A stretch of DNA of 61,677 bases, filler included, from Sphacelaria rigidula (taxonomy: Eukaryota), in NCBI GenBank assembly GCA_964200075.2. It is 9 parts of 9 records of this genome, joined end to end, with 100 filler letters (N's around TTAATTAATTAA, not from the genome) between each part and the next. Parts side by side here need not be neighbours in the genome. Positions count along the whole stretch, not along the records: positions 20,596 to 27,359 come from CAXNAA020018195.1; positions 27,460 to 34,223 come from CAXNAA020018196.1; positions 34,324 to 41,087 come from CAXNAA020018197.1; 6 more parts are not named here. The stretch is one strand, 5' to 3'. Positions 25,280-36,500 of the stretch are shown piece by piece. Both the position numbers and the translations under genes were made by a program. The notes below the pieces were generated by a model that saw nothing but the letters and a program-made list of their open reading frames with translations, had not been told where the DNA came from and did not search any database. Positions within the stretch are counted from its first letter, which is position 1; the number at the start of each line of letters is the position of its first letter.

Positions 25280-25630
25280 TTTGTGTGTTGTCATCCCATC
25301 TATTCTGGACGCCAGCAGCCTACACCTCATTTCGGTATTTATGTGGGCGCATCAGCCGCGTTCACGCAAGGCGAAGACCAACACGGAAGTTTATTATTCT
25401 TAATTTGTTCTTCTACGGTGCTTGCCTTTTTTTCTAACGCGAGAGGGATCCAGCAGTCTCTTTCCCTCGTCGACCATGCAGTCGAACTTCGGATACCCAC
25501 GACATAGTCGCTCTCCACTGTTGGGCATGGTGTGAGACGCATTTCACTTCGTGTGACTTCATCGAGGTTCAAACCAACGATCCCACCGTCAGAAGACTTC
25601 GAGGTAACGAATCAAGCCACCGGGGCGACT
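25280..25630 (-). mobile_element. Near full-length tRNA-derived SINE (~350 bp)
   Basis: tRNA-like head at 25555-25630, conserved body, CA-repeat tail; partial neighbours at ~25105-25220 and ~25865-26018. Confidence 0.8.
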
Positions 25631-26039
25631 GACCACTATACTACTTGGCATTGTGCTTAGTTTCGTCATTATTTTGAATACAGAAACACACGTACTGATT
25701 GATTGATTGATTGATTCATGGATTGATTGTCGCACTTTAACTGACCCCCCAGGGGTCCAGCCGTGGTCTCATTATAGACATACCCAAGAAAAACGAAACT
25801 GAAACACGCCTTGAAAAAAATAAGGAACAGCACAAAACAGTCCTGGCAAGAGAAAAGATTTTCACACGGCAAGGCCGGAGTTATTGTTCTGTTTTGTGAA
25901 GTCCTCGTTCCTTCTGCGGTGCTTGCATTCCCTTTTATTCGTGAGAAGGGTTCTTCAGAGGTCCCTTCCCCGCCTTGACCGTTTAGTCGAATTTTGTGTG
26001 ACGTAGTCGCTGTCCTCTGATTGGTGGATGGGCGCGCGC

Positions 26040-26040
<1 letters not shown>

Positions 26041-26084
<44 letters not shown>

Positions 26085-26322
26085 GTCATTCCATCTATTC
26101 TGGACGCCAGCCTACACCTTTCGGTATGTGTGGGCGCATCAGCCGGGGGGTCACACAGGAGGAAGGCAAACACGATATATTTTTTCTTCTTGCTAGTACT
26201 CCTCCTTCCTTCTGCGGTGCTTGCCTCGTTTTTCATCGAGAGAGGGGTTCAACAGTCCCTTTCTTTCGTCGACTCAACCGTAAGAAGATTCCGAGGTTAC
26301 CAACTGAGCCACGGGGGCAATC
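26041..26322 (-). mobile_element. tRNA-SINE copy with internal deletion and long (CA)n tail
   Basis: (GT)n at 26042-26082 abuts tgtcattccatctattctggacgcc; A-box remnant ccaactgagccac at ~26300. Confidence 0.8.
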
Positions 26323-26663
26323 GACGCGCAGAACCAAGAATCCACACCCTGGACAATGCATTACAATGTCAAGCAGTTCACGGCGTACAGTGTCAACTAT
26401 TGCGTCTGTTGTAAATACACAAGCAAAGCAAATCGCTCATGTTGGGAAGGTGCGGTGCCGCTGAAAATATGGCATACGCTTGTGGGCTGCCAACATGCCA
26501 ACGTTTATCCGCAATCGTCTTCATTTGAGTGTGCTTGCAATATCAATGTTTCCAATACAGGGATGTTTGTCCGTAGCTATCTTGACTTGAAAGTACCGAG
26601 AGTATAAATGCATGTGTGACGTACGGCCCTAGCCGATACACCGCTCTTGGATGGGGTAGGAGT

Positions 26664-27156
26664 ACACACACACACTCAAACGCACGCACAAGCGAGTTAC
26701 CACCAGCCCGCAGGAGTAACAACAGCAGTGATGTATCATGGACACGGCCACCGCTGAACCCATCGACCGGGTGTTGAAGACAGCTATCCAACATTACGTG
26801 CCCGCGTTAGCTATCCAACGTTACGCTGAACACATCCTACAAATCTAACACACATGAGAGAGCCGTGAGTATCCCTCGCCAAGACTATGCAGCTAGCTGT
26901 GTACTTCACTGTACTGCACAAACACACACACACTCAAACGCACGCACAAGCGAGTTACCACCAGCCCGCAGGAGTAACAACAGCAGTAATGTATCATGGA
27001 CACGGCCACCGCTGAACCCGTCGACCAGGGTGTTGAAGACAGCTATCCAACATTACGTGCCTGTGTTAGCTTTTCAACGTTACGCTGAACACATCCTACA
27101 AACCTAATACATGTGAGAGAGCCGCGAGTATCCCTCGCCACGACTATGCAGCTAGC
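26664..27156. repeat. Tandem duplication, period 258 bp
   Basis: ctcaaacgcacgcacaagcg at 26675 and 26933; highly similar through gactatgcagctagc. Confidence 0.9.
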
Positions 27157-28644
27157 CGTACAGAAGAACATATCCAAGTCTTGCACAAAAAAAAAGTCAA
27201 CCGCTAAGATTCCCGCATACAAAAATCATACGCACCTAATGTATCTTTCGATGGTTTAACAGGGTTTAGTACTGTATTTTCAGTACAAATCAAGGGATAT
27301 TTTGCTTGTGGATTTCGCCGCCGTATCTGTTCTAACCAGCCTGAAACTTGGCACAGAGGNNNNNNNNNNNNNNNNNNNNNNNNNNNNNNNNNNNNNNNNN
27401 NNNTTAATTAATTAANNNNNNNNNNNNNNNNNNNNNNNNNNNNNNNNNNNNNNNNNNNNCAGATCATGATTTATGGCCCAAATGAGCTGACCCGGATCTG
27501 TCACGACCTGATCCGTCCGACGTGTGAAATATATGGATATTGAGAAGAAAGGGGCTGATAAACGTCTCGCTGCCCGGGTGTTCAAGATCTGCCTTGCTCG
27601 GGTTACGGCCGGGGTTAGTGTTGAAGTGATGAAATAAAGTCTCGGACCACCGGAGGTGTCCATCTGCTGACGGCATCAAATAACTAATTTGTGAAATCGG
27701 CATCGTTTTCACGATATCAAGGCCTGAGCTTGAGCGCTCGGCCGGAGCGATTTCAGTCAAGTCATATGTACTAGCGGTGATATTCAAGTAGGTAATGATA
27801 TAATAGTGCGACTGATGCCGCAACACTCAGCGAGAAAAAGGTCGCAGCCATACAGGCTGGTACGCGGAAAAAAAAAAAACTCTGTCATCAGCGAATGCCT
27901 TCTGCAATACGCACCCAATAGTCGCATACATGGTATCATACTGACCGCTATGAACAGACGAAGAGGGTGACATGGCCGGACTTTTGTTTAAGGCTATAGC
28001 GGTGGCGCTATGGGCAAAAATGTATCTCGACCAATCAGCGCCTTCCAAACTGTTCCGAAATTGAAAATACGAATTCCAAGCCCAATTTCTACCGAATCTC
28101 CTCATGCTTCAAATCGTAGTGACCGTCATCACCTCAAGAATCTAACGGGAGAAAAAGATTTGAAAACGGTTCCAATGGGGTCGAATTATACCCGGAACCG
28201 TAATATTTTGGTGATGTGGATTTTGGCGTCGTCTAATTCCCACTCATGATACGCAGGAAAGACTCAGGGATCCTCGCGACGATTTCCCTTATATCTGCTG
28301 TAGAAAAGCTCAGATCATCCTCGAACTTGGTAGTTCCGTAGGTATTGATGCTCCAAATGGGAAAATTGTGTTCTTGGCAAGGGTTTAAAGTTTCTCCGTT
28401 CTCTACGGGCTGCCGGAGGTCCCAGTACAAAGACCCCCGGAAGGCGGTACAGAATGACTCAGAAGAAAAAAGAATAACATGATGCGTCCCGGATGGTTCA
28501 AGGAACACATGTACGAAGTTTGGTGGAGAAACTCGAATATCTCATACAATTTTTCTTGCCTTGACGTAAAATTCACCCTGAAAGATGTCCTTATACTCAA
28601 AACCAAGTAGTGAGGAGTTTGCACGTTTTAAGCTCACATCGTCG

Positions 28645-29340
28645 AACAAACGCGCAAATCTTCACGCATCTATTAGGAGTTAGACCCTGAAACTTTGCAC
28701 AAATGTGCTATGAATTATTACGCAAGTTTCGATCGACGAGGTTTTTCTAATTCTTGAATCCTTTACCATTTTTCGGGGGTCTGACGGGATCCAAGTCGTT
28801 TTTTCGAAATCGTCCATTCTGGGACCCCGGAAAACCGGCACTACGGTTTTTTATTCATTTTTTTCGCAAAGGCCCTGTCGCCGCGAAACCCAAGGAAGAA
28901 CTCCACAAAGTTTCGTGGCCGAACTCGATTAACGGGTGCTTCAATTTTTATGTTCACGTCAAAACAGGCCCAAAAACGCCACTTTCATCCTAAAATCTAG
29001 TAGTTTGCCGTTTCACCGTGGCACGGCAAGGTTCATCGCACAAACGCGAAAACCTTCACGCCGTTTCAAGCACTTAGACCCTGAAATTTCGCACAACCGT
29101 GCTATGGTTCATTACGCGACTTGTTATGGACGAGGTTTTCCGGGGTTTTTCGTTTCTACCGTTTTACGGGGGTCCGACTATATCGAAGTTTTCCCGGAAA
29201 AACTGGGACCCCGAAAAAACGGTGAAAAAGTCAAAAAGTTGAAGAAAAAAAATCGACGTCGGGAAGTTGCGTAATGATCCATAGAACACCTGTGCGAAAT
29301 TTCAGGGTCTAACTCCTTCAAACGGCGTGAAGTTTTGCCG
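28645..29340. repeat. Direct (28645/29040) and inverted (29250-29340) ~95-bp repeats, likely DNA-transposon internal repeats
   Basis: ttagaccctgaaa(c/t)tt(t/c)gcacaa occurs twice forward and once reversed. Confidence 0.65.
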
Positions 29341-29403
29341 ATGAGTCTTTTCGTTTGTTTTTTTCGTGAACCATCCTGTAGTGAAATATATCTATTTACA
29401 CTA

Positions 29404-30000
29404 CGAGCTGGGCCAGCCAAGAGTACGTGCGAATCTCGCTCAGACGACGCACGGCGCGATATCAGGAGTTGGACGCTGAAAATTTTACAGCAGCTTTTCA
29501 TGATCGAAATGCAGAAGATCACGGGTCCAGCAAATAAAAAAATATATAAGTAAGAAGTTATGGGCATTTGAAACTTCAGCAAAAACAAGATAATGCCGCA
29601 AGTCCAGGAAAAAAAGGAGAACCTGCAGCTGGAATCGTGCAGTATCAGTGCCTTGGGCGCAGAAGATCTTCCTGAAATTTCAGCTCAAAACTCGTTGAAT
29701 TGGGCCGTGCGTTAAACATTTTCCGTGACGCTGCTGCACCCCTCTGAATCAAGTGATGGGAGACTCCAATTAAGAAGGTCATGAGTTCGAATCCCGACAG
29801 ACTCTCTTTTTTTTTTTCGTTCGTCGTTAAGGTCATACATTATGCCGTACATGTTTTCATTTTTTTTCATTTTGCGGCGGTGCGGTGTGTCACCAGGTTG
29901 GTCTACACTTCACAGTGATATGCTTACATCGGGTTCATTCGGGAACTGGGGAAGGTGTGGTGTGAGCAACTTTTAGCAGCTTTTAAGCTGGCCCAGCTCG
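29404..30000. mobile_element. Tc1/mariner-type MITE (597 bp), perfect 14-bp TIR, TA TSD
   Basis: TA|CGAGCTGGGCCAGC ... GCTGGCCCAGCTCG|TA; right end of another copy at 48052-48106 also followed by TA. Confidence 0.85.
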
Positions 30001-31240
30001 TACCCTAGGGTGTACCGGGCACCTTCGCGCCAGGCCCGGCACGCGGGGAGCTCCAACAAACAAACTGCTGCAGAAAGCAGGCAAGTTGGGTAGTGTGGGA
30101 GAAATAGAGAAGTAGGTGTGGCCAACAGCGAGAGAGGTGTGGACGGCCGGAAAGGAGACTCGAGATGGGCCGAAGACAAAACGAAAATACAATTTTCAAG
30201 TCCGTAAAAAGAAAACGGGAGAAAAACCCGTAGTGGTCACAGAGAAACGGAAGAATCAAATATTGCGAAACGGGGGTCAAACGGCTGGAAACGTCACTGG
30301 TCTCAGAGCAAATTCCGCGCAAACGGCTGGCGAAGTCACTCGTGAGGTGGTGCCGAAGCGGCAGAGAAAAGAGTATGATAATCCGAGAGAGGTAGAGTAG
30401 TCAGGGGTCGAAGTGGCAGAGAAAGTGAAATTCCGAGAGAGAGGTTAGAGTAGTGAGTGGTGCCGAAGTCGCAAGAAATTCCGAATGAATAAAATTGCGC
30501 GACGAAAGCGCAAATTCCCAAGAAAAAACAAGAGATGCAGTTCATCACAGAGAAAGGGAAGAGTGAAATACTGGCCGCTGGTGCGTCGGATTTCGGAGGA
30601 CTGCTGCTCTGTCAGGCATCGTGACTGTTGCACCTGCGTGCCGGAACTCGGAATGCGGATAAACATAACACATCAGAATAATATGTATGTATATGTATAC
30701 CATGCCAAGGACGCATGGGCCAGCAAAGAACATCGCTGTGGGATAAAAATTGGAGAAACAAAGCAATCTCCTTCGGAACCCTCCCGAAACGGGTTGGTCG
30801 AAAGAAACTTGTTGAAACAGCCGCGAATGCCTCGTTACGTCTCTGCTATACAGTGCGGTGTTGCGGAGTAGCAGAGTAAGCTTCAAACTCGAGCACGAGA
30901 TCGACAACGCCAGGACTGAGCTTCTACCAGCAAGTTGTTGATTTTAAGCCACGTAAGCCACCGCGCATTTTTTTTTCGGCTTGATGTCAACGTACAAATT
31001 GATTTTCTTGCGGCGAAGATCCTGGAAGCTTGTTACTCAAGACAGGAAACAAAAAAAAAAAAAACTTTGGATAAAATCTCCCTATAGTACCTTTTGAGTA
31101 CCGGTAATACAGGAACATTTGGCTCGATAGGGAATCTTGAACCCAACCTACTCACAAAGCTGGACACTAGCTTACACCACCCCCGCCCCGCCCCCCTCGC
31201 CCATGCTCCCCCCACAATCGGCAGGCGCTATTTCCATCAC

Positions 31241-33985
31241 CTGGTGGTCTGGCCTCCCTCCCACAAATCCGCCAAAGACACGGTGCTGGTGGCTTTCTGA
31301 TCCGCGGTGGCATGTTCCGGCAAGGATGGTATGCTGGTAAACCGTGGATTGGATATCAACAGCGGCGCACGCGCGTGTGCCGTAGCGGCCTCGGCCGGCG
31401 CCAACAGGGTCTCCGGTCCCGCGAGCACGACAACACGCTCTACAACTTCGAGACGCGGGTGTGCCAGCGGCCGTTCGGGCTGCGGTGCAGACTGCACACC
31501 CCCAGAGGGAGAGGCGGCGGGCACTCCAGCGACGGCACTAGGGGTGACGGCGGTGAAGGAGGGGGAGGAGGAGAAGGAAGAAGAGGAGGAGGAGGAGTTG
31601 AGTAAAATTTTAGCAGCCGCTTCTGCGGCTAGGTGTTGCACCTGTTCGTGTCGTTTTCGGCGCGGCTCTCCGGACTCGTGCTGCGGGGGTTCTTCGCTGT
31701 CTTCCACTCCCTGCTGTCGGCCTTGTTCCGCCTGCTGCCGAGTAGCCAAGGAATTCTTCTCTCCCTGGGGGGCGGCGATGGGAGAGGCACTAACGTCAAC
31801 GGAGCCCAGTGTTCGCCCGAACGCCTCGGCAGTCACTGTATCGCCGGCGACGGCTTCGACCGCAGTACCCGCCGCAGCATCCGTAGGAGACGGAGTAGAT
31901 TCAATCGCCCGGGGTGCTTGTTCGCTGGACGATTGCCCGGGACTATCCTGCGTGTCCAATACCTTGTCCAGTACCTTACCAGAAAGTCCCGCCAAAGTGG
32001 CATATTCAATTCGTGATACGGCACCCGGTAAGCGGCTGCGGGGTGTTGGGGTCCGCGTATCTGTCGCCGACATCTCAGAATTGGCGTTGGAGAACGAGCG
32101 TGATCGGCTGATCTCAGGCCGCATCATGGAAGACGGACTGAGCTCCTCCTCTACATTCCCGTCATCCTGCATCCGCGACTGTTCGCTGTTTCCTTCAGCA
32201 GCGCCTTCAGTCGAAACTTCAGTTAAACTGTTACCGCCGCTCACGACCGGCGAGGACTGCTCAACAATGCAATTCGAATCAGGCATCATGCATGATTCTC
32301 CGTCGACCGCGGTATCCGCCTTCTCACAGCTGCTTGAATCCACATGCTGATCTGCCGCAACAATTTTGTCCGTTTCTCCGGAGGCCCGTGCCGTTGAACG
32401 GGCCACAGAGTCAGATTCCCTCAACGTAGCCTCGATCTCTTTCGGCGGTACATCTACCGATTGTTCGACCGCGGTGGCAACCATGTATTCTGTCTCGTTG
32501 CTTGGAGACGAAGACAACGCTGTAACCAAAGGCTGTCTGGTCGTCTCGTCGACGAGGTCGGGGCTCAGATTACTTGCAACATCCGAAGCATCTGGAGACG
32601 GGGGCACCGGCACCGTGGCATCAGCCGCAGCCGTCGCTAGTGGAATGGAATCATCTTGCTGGTTCTTCGATGTCTTGAACTCATCTGGCTCCTCCGTCGC
32701 ACTCGCAGCGGCTTTCACCACCGGTATCTCTGTCGCATCGACTTGTTTTTTCTTCGAGCTTGCGTTCCTGACTTCGACGGCCCGAACACGCGCCAAGACA
32801 GAAACATGCGACACCGCACCTGGCACCACCGCCGCTGCCCCCGCCGCCTCTGCCGCGGGACCACCCTCACTGCTACCCGTACTATCCGTGATCCCTTCGA
32901 CTGCTTCAACAGTGGCAGGCTGTCCGCTGGGGGTTGCGTTGCTGTCTGCAGCGCTCGCAGCAGATAACGTTTCCATCTCACCACCACCGCCACCCGTCGG
33001 CGTCACCTCTGACGGTGCCGCTGCCGCACCCTCCATCGTCTCCACCGCACCACCTTCACCTAATTTCTCATCATCAGTACCTTCAGCGCTTATTTTTGCA
33101 GGTACGGATGCCGCATCGACCGCCGCAACACCGGATCCATGCGACGAATCTGAAAAGGTGGCCTGCCTGTCCGGATCAGGCGCGGCTGCGGCGCCAGTGG
33201 ACAACGCGTCTACCGGGCTTCGTCCATCCGTGCTTACTGAGGGAGCATCCTCCGATACAGCCGGCGTGCCGCCGGCCGCCGGCGACGACGATGTCGCAGG
33301 CACCGCCGCTGTCGCTGCAATTGCCGCCTCAGGGGACGCTGCAGGGGTCGTCTCAGGGGACGCCGCAGGGGACGCCGCAGGGGCCGCCGCAGGGGCCGCC
33401 GCAGGGGCCGCCATAGGTGGCGCCGGCGGCGGGAACGCGGACAACGAGTCATCTTCTCCAAACGCGTTCCACGGCGCTGACGTCGCCGCAGGACCTGCAA
33501 CTTGAGCACCATCGCCATCGTTTACCGGTACAGCCGACGGCGATGTCGCCGCGCCGGCGACGTCCGTAGCGCCGTCGCCGGCAGCCGCCCCGGGAAAGTT
33601 TCCGGAAACGGTTTCTATACCAGAAACAGTGCTCGCCCTTGCTCGCTGCGGGCCGGTCACCGCAGTACCGAAGCCCGTCCCCCACCCACCGGCTGTGAAG
33701 GCGGTAGCGGGTTCACAGGAGGGGGAAGCCGGGGGGAACGCGGGGTTAGAGGACCCCCACGGCGGATTAGAAAAGTTGGCGAAACTAGGTGACGGCAGCG
33801 GGATCGATGTGGGAACGCCGACCCTCGGGGTTGTGGTGGTTGAGCTTGCGCGCGGCGTGCGAGGAGCTGCTATGGGTCGTGCTAGTGACGGCGGTCTTGC
33901 TGAGGTAGAGATGGCACTGGGGTTGACGCCTGGGCCAGCGGAGAGCCGTCTACTGGCCGCCAGAGCGACCTTCCGTGGGTCTCTG
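31241..33985 (-). CDS. Very large internal exon (2745 nt) encoding an Ala/Ser/Pro/Glu-rich, probably disordered region of an unknown protein
   Basis: 944-codon stop-free GC-rich frame; cgcag|cag| tandem acceptor near 33985 and CAG|gtgatg donor at 31241; phase 2-2; 12-bp PAAA/PAAS repeats at ~33330-33412. Confidence 0.8.
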
Positions 33986-34156
33986 CTGCGCGTTATTGCG
34001 GGCGGTTTTATTGAAGAGTAGGAAGGTATTATCAATCCATGCACAGTTTTCGAAAGTATCAGTTCGAACATGGATACGTAAATATCATGGGCGCGCGCCT
34101 TCCCTGGAAACCCAACCGAGAACGACGAACACTGAAAACGGGAGAATACAAGGGAC

Positions 34157-34223
34157 GGGGGGGGGCGTACTCATTTGTTGCTTGCCTTAGTCGTCTGACC
34201 ATTGAGCACGCATCCCTTTCGAG
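34157..34223 (-). mobile_element. LINE extreme 3' end, cut by contig end
   Basis: (g)n cgtactcatttgttgcttgcc...cgcatccctttcgag is the reverse complement of the end at 22035-22100. Confidence 0.8.
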
Positions 34224-35584
34224 NNNNNNNNNNNNNNNNNNNNNNNNNNNNNNNNNNNNNNNNNNNNTTAATTAATTAANNNNNNNNNNNNNNNNNNNNN
34301 NNNNNNNNNNNNNNNNNNNNNNNGGGGGGGCGTATTCTTTTATGGCTTGCTTTGGTGGTTTGACAATGGCCCCCGCACCCTTTGGGGGAGGGGGGGGGAG
34401 GGGGGGGGGGGGTGGGGGGTTATTCAAGATGACACGTGCATCCGCCCCGAAGACAACATGTATCACAAGTGGACCCATCGCTTGATACTTGGCACAGGGC
34501 CCACAGATAGGGGCAAGAATTTTGACTGGCACGATTTTTCGACCAATCAGATGAGATAATCGAGTAGGAATTGAGCGGTCAAATAGCTTGGATTGGCCCA
34601 CACATTGCGCCGCTGCCAGTCAGACAGCTGCTACCATCAATCGTCAATCGCTTGGGATACAGCAGCTCCGTGCTGGCTCAGTTTGTTTGCCCCAAGCTGC
34701 ACGCGTCCGCCTTGCGTGTCTTCTCCGACCACAGCATCCGACTACAACTGAAGCACCGAAGAAGACGCAGCAGACAGCTGCACAGTCGTCACGTAATCAT
34801 TTCAACTTTGTGTACAGCACCTTGATCCCATCCTAATTATGTGCAGACCAAAACACGGGATGCAGCAGTACAACTGTTCAGGCCCTCTCCAGCGCACATC
34901 ACACCATGTCCGTCGTGCTGTAGAGTACTTGAATGCACAACAGCACAGCGACAACTACAACATAGAAATGATGGGTGTAGGAACCGCCTTGTTCGTTTGA
35001 CGCAAGACGAAACAGCCAACATACAACAGTGTGTAGACAGGCACTGCGTGCCGACAAACTTAAGTTTCCTCGCCTTCTGTAAAGACGAAGGCAGTGACAA
35101 TTAGGAAGCAGACGCAATCCCAGCGGAGACCAAACCGCCGTCGCAAAGATCCAAACACACCACAGCGCGGTGACAGCTACAGCATATGAGGGAGGGCGTG
35201 AGTGTGTTTGTGCTGCCGGAGAAACAGCACGCGTCCCACGTGATAATAGTTATTTCCCTCATTTCAGAGGGTTCCTCATTTTTTGCCGAGTGCCGATTTT
35301 CGTACGCTCGGCCATAAACGCGCTTTGCGCGAAAATCTTTTCATTCACTTTGAGTTACCCCTATCTGTGGGACGTAAACCTCATACTTGGGTACGTACAA
35401 AGCGTTGTAAAACCTAGACTTTACCCCGGAAACCAAGCCTCCTCCAAGTCCACATTATGCGGGAATTGATGTTACTTTGCTTGGGCTTTCCAGTTTTTGG
35501 GCATGCCGCACTAATTCCGGGCCCTCAACCGCCGAACAGAAAATTGTCATTCGCCACTTGTCCCGGACATTCTGCATCGCCTTA

Positions 35585-35773
35585 GGGCGTGTCTTAGCAC
35601 ACTAGTTTTCGATCGAAATTGTGCGGTGGAAAATAAAAATCCCGATCTGATGGGTCGTAATTTCAATCATCGTCGCTAATTTTGAAGACCATTGAAACCA
35701 CGACCTATCAGATCAGGATTTTGTTTCTCCACCGCACTTTTTCGATCGAAAACTGATGTGCCAAGACACGGCC
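35585..35773. mobile_element. PIF/Harbinger (Tourist-like) MITE, 189 bp, almost wholly palindromic
   Basis: TTA|GGGCGTGTCTT ... AAGACACGGCC|TTA; ~85-bp imperfect arms; 3-bp TTA TSD. Confidence 0.8.
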
Positions 35774-36309
35774 TTATTGGGGAAAGTCTAGGTTGAGCTT
35801 CGAGGTTATGACAACGGCCGCTCGGTCGTTTCAACGCCCATGCACCAGTAGGCCGCTTGTCGGGCGGGGTTTCGAAACAGTTGTGTTTGGGTCTGCGCGC
35901 GCTAGGCCGTCCGTTGTGCGTTGCCACGTATACAAGCCGTGTTATCGTGCATACGATCAGCAGCACACGCTAGCGCTAAAATCACCATGAGCGGTGATGC
36001 AGCCACCGGTGAACGTAGTACCGTGTGTGGCCGTAGCGTTGACACCCGCCTGTAGCAAGCACTGCTGAGAGTGGTTCTGTTTTGTATACCAAACGAACGG
36101 ACAGATGAGGAATCAGAAATAAAATCCCAACCCACCCGCGCAACCTTGGATCTTGGCTACTGCTCGTCTATCAGACGGCTCAAATCTGGACAAAGCGGTG
36201 TTTGCGCCCACCCGGACCAGAAGCGGTCAATCAACGCCTGCACTATGTCACACGTGTACGGATTAGCTCCCTGTAGCTCGAGCTAGCTCATTTTTAGCGT
36301 AGCTCTCTA

Positions 36310-36500
36310 CTGGGCTATGAGAGCTACAGGAGCTACGCATGATTTCCCTGGGTGAATTATGAATGCTGCATGAACTACCCATATTTGCCCTGGGTGAGCT
36401 ATGAAAGCCGCAGGAGCTACGCATGTTTGCCCTGGGCATGCCATGAGATCTACAGGAGCTACGCGTACTTGTCCTGGGTGGGCTACGAGAGCTACATGAT
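36310..36500. repeat. 42-bp minisatellite (4-5 diverged units); further units at ~37405-37525
   Basis: (c/t)cctggg at 36346, 36388, 36430, 36472. Confidence 0.85.

Noticed and set aside
31307..33505. Long plus-strand ORFs (347 and 379 aa)
   Set aside because: Antisense shadows of the GC-rich minus-strand exon.
36310..36500. CRISPR array here or at 9186, 48130, 60067
   Set aside because: Units are diverged tandem repeats without unique spacers; no cas genes; eukaryotic context.
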